A stretch of DNA of 50,509 nucleotides, counting the filler, from Sphacelaria rigidula (lineage: Eukaryota), in assembly GCA_964200075.2 (NCBI GenBank). It is 2 parts of 2 records of this genome, joined end to end, with 100 filler letters (N's around TTAATTAATTAA, not from the genome) between each part and the next. Parts side by side here need not be neighbours in the genome. Positions count along the whole stretch, not along the records: positions 25,309 to 50,509 come from CAXNAA020000174.1; 1 more part is not named here. One strand, 5' to 3'. Below, one piece after another: positions 36,365 through 49,600 of the stretch. The number at the start of each line of letters is the position of its first letter. Positions within the stretch are counted from its first letter, which is position 1. Position numbers and translations under genes: made by a program. The notes under the pieces are model-generated. The model ran no database searches and was not told where the DNA came from. It worked only from the letters and a program-made list of their open reading frames with translations.

Positions 36365-37452
36365 GAGTTGGACACTGGAAATTGGTATGGACAACCAGCA
36401 GGGCATATACACACATATATTCGCCGGGTCCCAAAGATTTTATTTTGGTGATTTAACGTCATTTTACTAAAACCTGAAACTGACTATTGCCCTCAACTCA
36501 TGGGGGGGGAAAACTGTGTGGGACCCGGCATAATTGCATTCTTGATTGTCCATGAAAAATTTCAGGGTCCACCTCCAAGTGGAAATTGCAAATTCGCGTT
36601 TTGAAACCCGGGCCGGTGGAAAATTGGAACAGTATTTTGCAGGCTGTTTACCGGCCCACGTTTAGTGTTTGTGTATTGAAGATTTGTGAGGGACCTCGCC
36701 AGATCATGATGAACCAAGAAAAATTAATCAGGTTGGTTTTACTTCTTTTTTTCGCTGGTTTAGGGCATTTTAATATGGTAACGACCATTTTTTAACAAGA
36801 ACCCCCGAACCTCTCCCCCCCCCCCAAAAAAAATGAAGGCTCATTATTTTTTGCAGCATACCTGTGTGATTCTCCATGCTAAGTTTCAACTCCCAATTCT
36901 AAAAATTGAAATAAAAAATTCAGATGAGACCTAAGAGCACTGTTCATTTCTTCTCAAAACACGAAAAAAACGGCAAAAAAGGCTGTTTTACTTTCTTTCG
37001 TCATGCACTAGCGGTTCTCTATACATGATTTCATAGCATAACTCTCAAAAACTGAGACGCGATATCCAGATTTAGGGCATCCATAATAGTTCCTCTGCCC
37101 GTAGTATCTTGATTTTAGTCTGGAAACTTATGTGCGCCATATCTCGAGATAGATAACGAATTAGGTGAAGGTGAGGGTATCTATCGTCTCCCCGTGCTCC
37201 AGGGAAGGTCTGCACCGAAAATCGTCATCATGCGCTGAATGTATCGTTCGGGGTTTCATATAGATTTTCGTGTGGGCGCTATCTCCATACGGTACAGGAA
37301 TTACTAGACATGGGGTTTGCTCAACGAGAAAATATTATCCCAAACTTTTGAGCAGATGGGCACCTTTCCCATGATAAGACGATTGATACAATGTGCGGAT
37401 CATGGCCCAACTCGTCTGTGTCGATGAGATATTGCTTTGAGAGCTTGAATCC
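36365..37452 (+). repeat. Old dispersed repeat, copy 2 (intronic; homologous to 25676-26780)
   Basis: Collinear similarity with copy 1, including an internal inverted repeat (~36365-36435 / ~36520-36580). Confidence 0.7.
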
Positions 37453-39270
37453 CTGGCCGTACTCTTTCGAAATGGGCGTGCTGTATCTGCCAGCCCCCGT
37501 GGATTCTCCGCAGGAGAGGGCAGGAGAGCTGACGTAGCATCCTAGCCTCGACCTTTGCTGTCAACGCGCGAGTTTACGTCGCTGAGCGTGAGGCTACATG
37601 TGTCAGCCGTCATGCCTCCCGATGCGTCCCCGCAAAGATTCAACCAACGGCAGCAGAGAACAGCTGCTGATGGTGTTCTGCCCCAGAAAGCGAAGTGGAT
37701 CGCTCAGACCCGCCGTCGAAGGAAGAATTAAACTCCTAGAAAAAAAGCGAAAGCTCAAGATACGCGTCCCACGCTTTCACACAGCCTCATCGGGCCTGGC
37801 ATGTCATTCAAACTGACAAAAGTGCCATCGTCAGCTCCAACCACGCGACTAGGTTCGAACCGAAAAACCCGAATCCTTGCACACACGCGAACATAACGCT
37901 TGCTTGCAGAAGCCAAAGCATATTTGTCCCCCATGACGGCAGCAACTTCCGTTAAATTTCGCCCGAATGCCGGCTTCCGCACCACTGTACTGTAAAATAA
38001 AATGGCCATTCTCCAACTCAAGTGGTTGTTCGAAGTTAGACACCCGCTCCAAGGCATCACATGATGTTCGACTGAAAAAAATATATCATTCCATCCGGAG
38101 GGTCAAGCCCCACATCTATGATTTCTGTTCCGACTGAAGCCTCACATGAAACACCCGCGGGCCCTGAGCCCTTGAAGCGTCCAAAGATGCACACCCGGTT
38201 CCTGCAGTCATCTCTCGAGTAAACCAGTGCCGATTTATCAGCTACATGAGGCACCCCTGGGAGCGTGGGTCACCTACGCCTCTGATCGATTCGATTGAAA
38301 ATAATGCCAACTCAGGAGGTGGCCTACCCTGGTGGTCGAAGGACAAGTATGTACTTTCACTGTTGTTGTGAGTCATCCGGGTGTTCGTCTTGCATTCATT
38401 CTTCGAGTGAAGACGGTGCCACTTCAACAGGTGACCCGCCCTGGCCGTCAAATGGTTCACCCTCTTGGGCCTGAGGCTCTCACAGCAACCATGTCAATAT
38501 GTTACTAATTTATCTTTAATTTTCGGCTGATGCTCGACCGATCACAACTGCAGAGAGCGAGAGGTCGAGCGGGCAGCAACCGAAATCTGGTAGGTCCTTC
38601 GAAAGTGTACCCAATATCTGGTTTTTCTCCTTGTACTCCTCATTCAGAGCTGGGAGCGGCTAGGCCGTAACTCGATAGGAGAAAATGGCATGTGATCCTT
38701 CGCCCTTTCCGTCATCGGATATGGCAATTTCGATAATTACATCATTTCTCATATGTACATGCAAAACGTCATTCACCGCTCAAATTTATCATGTCGATGC
38801 GACGAATAGTCATATCCATCCTGTTGATGGATAGTGACTTATATCGTGGCAACACTTTTGTTGGATTATGAAAACCTTACATTACTGCGCAGGCGGCAGG
38901 CGGCAGCAGATAGACAAGCATAAACTGTCGAAGCAACGGCTGATCAGGTACCCTATATCCCAATCAAAAAGCGGCAACGGCGATGCCAGCGAACCGTTCA
39001 CGAAAATTCGTCCACTTTATTGATGGTGCGATACTGGTGACACTGACAACAGCTCCAAAGGTATAATGGGTGAGCACGGTGGGTTGTACCCATGCTGTCA
39101 GCATGAAGTCGGTCGGTGAGCGGTTAGTCGGGATCTCACGTGTAGTGCTGTCGTTTCGCGTACAGTGCATCGTGACAACAGAACCTGCCGCAACAGAGAT
39201 TTACCGAATGGTCGACGATGATGACAACAACAACAGTGGTTGGCACCTGATTCTAGTGTGAGCGCCAACG

Positions 39271-39510
39271 TTCGGACCTTCGGAGAGGCTGAAAGTCTCA
39301 AATTTTCTTAGCTCGTCCAAAACGTGTTTCTATCCAAAATCGGCACCGCAGTCGCTCATCTGAGGTCCGCCAACGCAAACTTTGCCCGAGACACCTCTGC
39401 ACACCTCATGCCCGTGGGTTCCCTTATGCCCGGGCGAGGTTACGGTTCGGGTTTACATTAGGTTTGGCGGCACCTCATTCGTAGTACAAACCATTGCTTT
39501 AAACCATTTG
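39271..39510 (+). repeat. Short dispersed repeat with degenerate TTAGGG core, copy 1 (homologous to 42311-42630)
   Basis: Shared TAGCTCGT.CA, TGAGGTC..GCCAACGCA.ACTT.GCC, TGCCCG.GGGTT and GG.TTGGCG.CA.CTCATT. Confidence 0.6.
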
Positions 39511-39590
39511 GTAATCAGCTCTCACCTACGGTACCACACGACTCCGTTCTGAAAAAAAACACGGAAATGCCCTACACTACTTGTAATTTC

Positions 39591-40641
39591 CAGGGTCTAC
39601 ACGTTACACGTGCCACAATGGTACACGTTACGTTCGCGTTACGTTTTGGCTGAAACGTAACGTGAACCTTGATTTTTTTTATCGTGTCAAACCAAATGTG
39701 AACGTAACGCTAAATTTTCAAATAAAACGTTAACGTAACGTTGAATTTTTTTCATCGTGCCAAACTAAACGTTACATGAAACGTGATAAATATGTTACAT
39801 GAAGCGGTGCACACTTCAAAATTGCAACGGATTTCGAAATCCTAGAAGATTGTGCTTCAATGGACCAGGGCTCTGCACGTTACACGTGCCTCAACGTTAC
39901 ACTTTACATTCACGTTACGTTGTGGCCGAAATGTAACGTGAACGTTTAATATTCAAATAATAAAATCCATCAGTTTGTGTACAGTAAAACAAAAGCATGT
40001 CAAGCTAGATGAATGCATTGGTTGCCTAGGCCGCGGCGTAAACCTACCAAACATACATATATGCATACGCACGTATGCCTGCCTGTGATGACCCTGATGA
40101 CGTAAAATGCCTTATTTGTCCATGGATACACGTATGTATATAGAGAGAGGGAGCCAAGGGTACCCGACTAAGCTTTCTCCGCGAAAGGTCAGCACAACTC
40201 AAACCGGCGTTCAATCATGTTCACGATCTGTTGTGTGTACAGCATGTGCTGTCGTGCGAATGACCAAGCATTTGAATTGAAAATTGGCAGCAACAAAAAG
40301 ATGAAAATAAAAGAGGATATCTAACAATATTATGGTCAAAAAACGGGGGCCTACGCTCAAACAAACGACGGGCCACTGTCAGCGTCACGTACACGGGCAC
40401 GTTACAACGCCTTCAACACTAGTAAATGAGCTGCGACATGCGCAGAGTGAAACATGACACTCGAACGTTACACGTTCCATGAAACGTTTCATAGTCCGTT
40501 ACTTGTAACAAAACGTAACCTTACATTTTCCAATGAAACGTTCAACGTAACGTTCATTTTTGTAACGTGCCAAACATGACATAACGCGAACGTTAATTTT
40601 TACGAACGTGTTAAACATAACGTGTAACGTGTAGACCCCTG
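39591..40641. mobile_element. Non-autonomous hAT-like element (~1.05 kb) with ACGT-rich subterminal repeats and a duplicated left end
   Basis: TIRs CAGGGTCTACACGTTACACG / CGTGTAACGTGTAGACCCCTG. 8-bp duplication GTAATTTC (39583-39590) / GTTATTTC (40642-40649). Second left end at 39866. Confidence 0.8.
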
Positions 40642-42310
40642 GTTATTTCAAAACATTATGACTCTCACTTCACCATTTCAAATTTCATCGCGCGGTATGA
40701 GCGCCGCCGCGTCACCATCACTGAAGAATCAAGTGTGTGCATAAGTAAGGGATACAGGCTGGTTCATGGTGAACGACAGGGATTTACTCCCCAGCAAAAG
40801 CTCACGTCGTTTTTTTCGAGTTGGACCCTGAAACTGAGCACGTGTTCCTTGAGATATTTAGAGGGGCTGTATAAACAGGGGTCTTCCGGGGAGGTTTCGC
40901 CAGATAGACGGGGTCCCAGGAGGCGGTGCCTGACAAACGGCGTGAGCTTCCGCCCGTATATGCGTTGAAGTGTTTTAATTCACGCGGAATCCCCCTAATT
41001 TCCTTGTTACAGCATGCCACCGACCTTTTCCTTGCGTACTTGAGCTTTAACCGACTATTTTGGATCAGCTTTTCGAGTTACGCAACGAACCATTGTACAA
41101 ACGTCCCTTGAAATACCCCGGGACGAGTCAGATTTGAATGTTTGATTGTGAAGCAATTTGTACCGGAGTTTGGGGGTCTTCATGCTGGAACCCCCGGAAG
41201 CCGGTAGAGAGCGGGTGAACGTGGAAATATTCTTCAATATATATATTTTTCCGTTCGTAGCACCCGGTATCTACCAAAAAGCTGCCAAGTTTGAGGATGA
41301 TCAGAGCTTTACTACGGAAGTTTCGAGGGAAACCGTCGAGAGGCTTCCGGGGTCTCCGATATATATGTTGGTGGAAATCTGACGACGCCAGACCCCTACA
41401 TCACCGAAGTATCATGTTTCGGTGTGTAACTCGATCCCACACAAACCGTTCTCATTTTTTTTTGCGTTAGATTCCTCACCTGTCAGTACAGGTATCTCAA
41501 ACTCGACAATCCCGATATGGTTTTCGGGAACCTACTGTTAAACATATTGGGAATCTCGAGTTCGAGATACCTCTGAGGTTTATTCGTGATGAGACTGGGT
41601 GCAAAAAGCGAAAAAGTCGCATTTTTTATTCCAAAACAATTTGAAAGCCCCTGATTGGCCGAGAAACATTTTCACTGCGAGCACCACGACAAAGAGCGCA
41701 AAAAAATTTTAACCGTGTCATACTGCTCGCTTGCTCATGGGGGTCACTTTGATAACAGAAATGTTTTCATCGGGTCAGTTTTGCGTTCTGTATCCAGTGG
41801 AAAAAAAAAATTGGGCTTTCACGGTGAATCAGCCTGTGGAAAACAGAGGAAATTGGTCATGAATACAAGTACCCTCATAAGTGTTGGATAACCATAAGTT
41901 TGCAGTTCTGACGGAGAGCATGACTCACTCATACCTAATTTCTAGGATATAGTGCAAGGTTTATTTTATTTTGTTGGTTTGTTGTTTTCCGTTCATTCCC
42001 TTTCCTTTTCCTGCCTGGTTTTCGTTCCGGGTTCTGTTCGGTGTTGATTTTAATTTGTCGGTGTACTCCATTTGTTTGTCCCCTATTTTATTTTATTTTC
42101 CCTCGATCTTTTCTTTTCTTCAGCGAGTGTTTCCATTCTGTTTTAACTTGAAAACGTTTCTCTTGTGACCACAGCTTGGTCCTCTTGGGGTAAGTTATTA
42201 TGTGCGATAATGTAAAATCTAATGAGTCAATTACGTCACAAAACAGCAAAGACCACAAAAAAAAAGTGGGAACCAATGGTTGTAACTTGATTCAAGTCTG
42301 AATATCGATA

Positions 42311-42630
42311 TTCGGGTTTTTCGAAGGGACTGACAGTCCTAAGTGCTTCTAGCTCGTTCAGAGCGTGATTCTCTCCGAAATAGGTGCCACAGGCACCGAC
42401 TTGAGGTCTGTCTGCCAACGCACACTTCGCCTAGGGCACTCTCCGCCCTCCGTCTCGAAAGGGATGCGTAGTCGATAGTCGAACGACTAAGGCAAGCAAC
42501 AAATGAGTACAACCCCCCACCCCGTGCCCGAGGGTTCTCTTTTGACTTGGTCGGGGTTAGGGTTGGAGTTAGCGTTAGGGTTGGCGACATCTCATTTATA
42601 GCGCCAACCGTTTTTTCCGATCGTTTGGTA
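42311..42630 (+). repeat. Short dispersed repeat with degenerate TTAGGG core, copy 2
   Basis: Homologous to 39271-39510; contains GGGGTTAGGGTTGGAGTTAGCGTTAGGGTTGG. Confidence 0.6.
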
Positions 42631-43648
42631 GCCAGCCCTCTTCAAATATCAAATTTCAATCAGGCAAATTCTACTGTCACGGTACAGGTAATGAGATTCA
42701 GATCGTTGCCAAGCAAGCCACCTGGAATCAGGGATGCGGAGTATTTTCAGCAATCGACAATGGGCTTGGCGATATAATAGATTACATGGTAAAAAAATGT
42801 ACTGCGTACAGTATGGAATCTATTGTCTAATGCAATAGACGCAGTAGTATAATTTTTGATAATGTATCGCAGTGAGCTACAGACCTACCTCGTATCATAC
42901 AGCTCTGCTGCTGTTCGATCGGCGCAGTTTTGGCGATGGCGTTATTGTACTTCATTGAGTACCGGGTGTGTCTCATATCGTGGCGTGATGGGGTGTTTAG
43001 AGACATATAATCCTACAAAACTCGGCTGGATCCATGAGGGGTCACTCGAAGTGCGACAATCAATCAATGAATCTGTCGATCAAATCAAACATGGCACTCC
43101 GGCAATCTTGAATATCTTGGGTAACTTGACGTTCGTGCCCTATCTGAACACCTCTACAATCGATGCACCTTCATATCCAGCACAACATACTCTTCGTGGT
43201 CTCGCCAGTTTTGACTGCGTGGGTCAACCGATCAATTTATTCAAAACCCCGACAATCGGTATTTTGCACTGTAGTTGTTCGCGTGGGATTTGCTGTGCTA
43301 CCCTTATCTGGATTCCGTGCACCGGCCCTCTGCACTATCGCCTCGCGGAGCCAACCTTCTCGCGCTGGGACCTGAAGTGTCGTCACGCGATTGGCAAGGT
43401 ACTCGCCGACACCTTCCGACAAGCCCTAATTATTTTATTTTTTGTGGTCGAGATACGACCGATCAGTTGATACGAGAATTTTTTGGGGTCGGTCATATCT
43501 ACGCCCTCACACATGAGGCATGGGTTCCTTCTTGCCTTGTTAATCCCCTGTTCGGCAAAAGGTTGCCCGACACGGTGCGTGTTACCTTGCTGTGCTGCCC
43601 TCACCTGGGTTTTGTGCGCCAACCCTCTCTCCGTCCCTTCGCTCGCAG

Positions 43649-46600
43649 GATCACAACGACCTCTGCGAGGTGTGCTCACACGGAGGCAATCTTCTGTGCT
43701 GCGATACGTGTTCGTTGGTTTTTCACACCAAGTGCGTGCGACCAGAACTGAAGCAAGTCCCGGAAGGGGACTGGAGCTGCCAGTTTTGCGTCATGGACAA
43801 TCCAAACAATACTTCAGGCAAGGGGAAAACAGTGGTGACGTGAAACATGATCAGGATATTATGTTTATCCATGGCGTGCTTGTTTAGTTCAACCCGACGT
43901 TGATGGCCGCTTTCCCGCCGTCTTTTTTTCTTTTTCTTTTTCTTTCACCTATTTGTCATCCGAGATGTGTTCCGACGCTCTCTATCTCAGTGAAATGGAG
44001 ATGTAATCTGCCGCCACTTTATTTTTCAACGATTTTTGTCTTGATTATGGAAGCTTTGGTCTAAGTCAAAAGCGTGTTGCGGTTGGTGCTGTTGGTGTCA
44101 ACTGCTGTGTGTGTGTGTGTGTGTGTTTCGATGTTTTTGGAGTCAACGTACACCCCCACCCCCGATGCCGAGTTGTCGATGCCCTTCGGAGACCTATCGG
44201 TGCCGTTGCGGTGTGCGGTGTTGGTGTTGGTGTTGTTCTATCCGTCAGTCCTGTGTTGCATCCCAAGTCGTCGGATGCCGGCGATTGATGCGGTTACGGT
44301 TGTGTCCCTCTTGACGGTGTTGTAGGTCGCGGGTCGTGCATTCCATTCCACCCTTGTCTTCACGCTGGACGTACATTGGAGTGTTTGGTGACTCGTGCGT
44401 AGTGTGTGACACGCGTGTGTCACGTTCCTTGCTTATATGTTGTGCTTCATGTCTTGTTGGTTTCGTTATACGCCGGGCTGCTCCTCGTGGTGGGAACACA
44501 GAGGTGCGGGACGAGGCCCGACGGAACGTTGCGGCGATGCGGAGATTACAAGGCATGTATATGCCGGAGGCGAGCACTTCGGCGCTTATCGACGAAAAGC
44601 AGAAGGTAGGGAGGATTTATGAATATCTCGGTACGCGCGCAAGCAAGGAGTGGATGGGTTATTTGTGCTCCTGATGTAGGATTTGCTTAGGAAAGGAACG
44701 TGACCAGAGTAGAGGATGGCAACCTGGTGGTATTTTTATCGTGACGCTGGTTGGTGTACGATGAGGGTAAATGTGGCATGCGTGCCTCGGTTCTTGTTCA
44801 CGCGAACGAAATCTAGCGGCTGCAGGACTGTACAGTATACGAGGAGTTCCCGTCTGAAATCCTGTGCACTGTTTGTCGTGCAAACCTTGCGACTATGACA
44901 TTTCCTCTGAATTCGACGCCCAGTTAGGCTCATATTGACGCAGGAAAGGCAGTTAATTGCCTTCCGGTCCAGGGAAAGTCCCCTTTCCCATCTCTTTCAA
45001 TTAGATAATGCCGCGCGACCTCGTTTGCCGCCAGTTGCCAAGGCTGGGACCTACTTGAACAACCAGTAAGGTGTGAAAAACAATTGCTTCCGTCAAACAA
45101 TAATGTACGTGAGGAGTTGTAGAGCACGAGGTATATACACCAAATGTTTTCATATGGGATGGTGTTCGCAGACAGAGAGTAGCTGCTGAGCTGTAGAGTC
45201 GGGGCTAGCGATCGACCGCGTGTTGGAGGCCAGCCGTTTATATTGTTCCGAGAAGAGGTCCGGTGTCCCAATCCGTTAAATATTAAATATATATATATAT
45301 ATATATTTACTGTTGTGCGTGTCTCGATCGATGCTTGGGTTGTGCATTGCAGGCGTTACGATACAGAGGGGTACATTGGGCAAACAATATGTTCGTTGTG
45401 ACCCATTTTGACAAGCACGGCAGCAAGGAGTGGCAGACTCTGGGAAAGTTCGCTTCTGCAGACGAAGCGGCGAGGTGTTACGACAGACACGTTCGCGCGA
45501 CCGACGGCACGAAGGCCAAGCTGAATTTTCCAGAGGCAGGCTCGCTTGCGCCGAGAGGTGATGGTGATTATGTTTTTCTTTGCTTTTCTGTTCATGTGAC
45601 GATCCCTTTTTTGTATCAATCTCGTTTTTACAGCCCTAGTATCGGATCTGAGTGAATTTTTCTGGGTCCGATTATATTTTTCGATTTTCGTGTACCCTCT
45701 TTCGGGTTGTTAGCCTGTGACCACGGAAGGCGTCCGCATCAGATGCTGCCCTGTACAGAGAGCTGCGCAGATGTCGGGACGGGTTTGTGTATGAAGACAT
45801 CATCATCATCATCATCATCATCAACAACAACAACAACAGCAATCTCAATTTTCTGTGCTCTTTATCCATCGTCCCATGTAGACTGTGGACTCTCGTATGA
45901 TTCAGTAAATGCTCTTGCTCATAGATTTAGAGCCCAGTGTTGGGCTGTTAGATCGACCCCGTTGGAATATGGCCACTGGGATGTTATGTTACGTTGCTGT
46001 GGTTTGAGACATTTGAATCTGATCCTCCTCCTCTGTTGAACCCACTCTAGGGTGCGGCTTTGCCGCGACAAAATGCCTTGGTTCTGATCGGCACTAAAGT
46101 TTTAACAACCATTGGCTTATTCTTTTGCGCACCTGCATTGTCGGTGAAAGGAAGATGCCTGCATCGGCACAGTGTCTTTGTGTTGTGCTTGGTACAACGT
46201 TGCGCGCTCGTGCGCACGTGTACGTGCTTATCAAGTTGCTCTTTTAGGGGGGGGGAGCGGCCGTACCGTGTCGGTGTTGCTCTTACGAGCGCGTGTATCG
46301 TACCTATGTGTTCCTGATCGAAAGTTGCCCTGCGCTTGTGTGACTGTCGGTTGGTCGCTGGCATATTTTACCTTCAGACGGTAGCGACGTTCTGGCTGAG
46401 GGAAGAGGAAATTCGGAGCAGGGCGGAGGCGGCAGCGCGGCCGCCGGCGCCCTAGCCCCCGCCTCCACCGCTGTCAGCGGCGCGGCGACTGGACTTGGCG
46501 ACCGCAAGGACGGAGTCGCGAAGCCCGCAGGTCCCTGCGCGTTTTGCCAGGATGACGACGAGGTCATGATGTGCCCTTTGTGCTCCTGCCGTGCGTGCTT

Positions 46601-49600
46601 TGGAAAGCAAGACCCTCACTTGGCCCTACTGTGCGAGGTGAGCTACGAAGCATTGAGTGGATTGTCGGGAAAATGAAGGTTGGGTTGGGTCGGTGCCACG
46701 AGGGGCGCATCGGAGGTTATCGTGGAGTAGAGGCACAGCAGCCATGAGAGGGGGGGGTTCTTGGAGTGGTGAGAGGACCTTTTTACAGGTCTTTTTCATG
46801 CCGTATCATATCTGTAATACATTGCAGCAATGTCGTTAGCTTTGTGTACCCCCCTTCCCACTGATTGCCAGCCTGGTCCGTGGAAAACCCGGCTTGCGCC
46901 CGGCTTTGTAGGAATGGGATGTCAATGATCTTATAAATACAGAGTACAAAATTACGAGTACCCCTTCCCCCCCCCCTCCCCGCTCCTCCCTTTTGAGGGT
47001 TGGCATCGGTTGGCAACGACGCTGTCGAATACGCCGCTCTCTGCGTGAGCTAGGCACCAGGCCATCGTTCTTTTTGACGCCTGGGTTTTTATGCGGTATC
47101 CATGATGGCCGAGCTATATCATATTGTGCGGAGTGGGAGAACCCAAACACCGCGCAAAAGGGGATGGTTGTACTACGTAGTGTTCATATGATGAGATATC
47201 CATGAGGCAGTGTGTCACTCATGGCTGTTTCTGAAAGTGACTATACCGGAGCAGCAACTGATTGTAGGTTGTCATCCATATGCAAGATAATCATTACGCT
47301 TCGGGCCGAACAATCTTGGCAGGATGTAGCTCACCCTTCATACGACTCGCCGAACGCATCACGGCACTCCGCGCTTGATGATTGCGAGCCTGGCCCGGCG
47401 CAGACCCGGGGTGCTCCGTCCCGGCTTTGTAGGGATGCGAGGTTAATCCTCCTCCGCCACCCTGCGTCGGCCGCCCGTCGTATCTGCCGTTGCGGTCCGT
47501 GTATCGATACGCGTTGTTTGATCCATTTTTCTCACGATGTCTCGCTCACTGGCCCACCCTCTCTGCAATTACCTGTTCCAGCACTGCGATGATGAGTACC
47601 ACACGTACTGCCTAAACCCGCCGTTGGCTGAGGTGCCAAAAGGCAAATGGTACTGCGACAACTGCAAGGCGAAAGGCTTGGATGTTGCAGACGGGAGCAA
47701 GGGACCGCGCAGCGGTGGAGGGGGCCGAGCAGCGGCGAAGCCATCTGCTCCAAAGGCTGCGGTGGCGGCAGCAATGACTGCCACGCGCGTTTCACCTCGG
47801 GCTGCGGCGGCGGCGGCGAAGGCAAGTAGCGCCGCGGGAGGTAGCTCTCTAATTGGTGCCACGGCAGGACCCGTGAGGACGGATGCCCCAGTCGCAACAT
47901 CGGTAGTAACGACGAGAGCAGCAGTTGGAGGCGGAGGCGGCTTTTCAGGGACAGGCAATGTCGCTACAGTGGGCGGTGCTTTGTCGCAGGATGGGCAAAA
48001 TATCAAGCGACAGCCGGGGGGTGTTGCCTCCCCGCACGCGAAGCCTTCTCGACAAGGGAGAGGATCGGCGGCGTCAGCTTCGCCAGGGGCACCGAAGAAT
48101 CTCCCATGGTCGAGTATGCCGGACGGCGGTCTCGTGCCTGAACTAGCTAGGACGCGCATGGCCAGCCGGCCGCCGGTAGGAGACAACCGGAGGGGGGGCG
48201 AAGGACGAGGTGGTCGTGCCCCCACCCATGGAGTTCCACAGCGTGTGCGCGGTCGAGCGAATGGAGAGAGGGTTACGGAAGAAGGTTCTGGAGCCAGGGG
48301 TGGCGGCGTTGAAGGATCCAGATCGAGTAATGGCGCGGCTACGGGAGCAGTGACGCCCGGGAGGGGGGGCGGCGCTGGCCGTGGTGGTACTTCGTGTACT
48401 AGTGAACAACCGCTGTCTCCAGGAGAGAATAAAAGAAAAAAGAAGAGGATAGAGGATCTTGTAATACCGGCGACAGCCCCGGGACCGGGGCTTACTGCGA
48501 CGCCGATCAATGTTCCGGCATCGGCAACTTCAGCGCCTCCGGCGGCGGCATTACAAGCAGCGCAGGCAAGCACTGCTGAACCAGCCATGTTGCAGGCGAC
48601 AGAAACTGTGGCTCCGGGAATGCAGGTTCAATCTGGCTCTTCCGTCGCACCGAACGCGTCATGCTTGCCTTACCCCGCGGATTCAATCCCTTCGCCGTCG
48701 TTGCCTGCGCCGCTTTCTTCCGCGGCGCTCCCGAGTGCCCCCTCCCCGGGAACCGTCCCCAGCTGTACAGCCGAGGCGGCCGCCACCACCTTCGCTGCCG
48801 CAACCGCGGGGTCGATGGCGCTTACTACCGACAACAAGAACAAGGCACGAGCGCGACCACGAAAAAAGAGGGCCAACGAGGGCGGCGGCGGCGGCGTGGG
48901 GGCCGCGGAGGAGGACCGCCGTGACGCGACCGCGCAGCAATCGGCGTCCATGGACCAGGAGACCTCGGTCTCATCTGGGGTGACGCCGTCCGGACACGAG
49001 AAAGGAACCTCAAGCAAATCCACCGCCGTCGCGGCTGAGGCGACTGCTGTTATTCATCAATCACCGAAGCGAAACGACACCAAACCTGCCAGGAAGCAAT
49101 CAAAGAAGAAGGGCTCTTCGGGCGGCGCTGGTGCCGGCGAGGGAGACGATGCAGTATCATCTGATGGGGCGCCGAAGGCGAAGCGACGGCGAGATAGTGC
49201 TCCGGGGGGGATTGGCCGAGGAGCGGGGGGGCGCGGCGGTAGTGGGTCGGGTGCCGCCGCGGGTGGGCGGACGGGGGGTGGCAGGCGAGGGGGGGGACAA
49301 GGGGGCAGGGGTAGCAGAGGTGGGCGAAGTCCCGGGATAAAGCCCCCAAGTGAAAACCTGTATAGCAGGCCAAGGTCACACCACCGAGCGCCGCCGTCAC
49401 CGACTGCGGAGGGCGTCAACGGGCTGGAGCCGACTCGACGTTCGAGAAGGAAGGTATGTGCAATAGTTGGTGGCGAACTAATGTATGACGCGTGTTCATC
49501 GATTGGGGGGAAAGTCTTCCGTCTGTTGTCCTGCTCTCCAGAGCTCAAACGCTTTTTTATATGGCTGTGAGGAGTTACTTGACGTTGATCCGCTCCCTCC

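Noticed and set aside
40876-41398. Possible CAGGGGTCT...AGACCCCTA TIR element
   Set aside because: Only ~9 bp of matching ends and no target-site duplication.
47569-48588. 339-aa antisense ORF and other overlapping ORFs to 49548
   Set aside because: GC-rich shadows of the large plus-strand exon.
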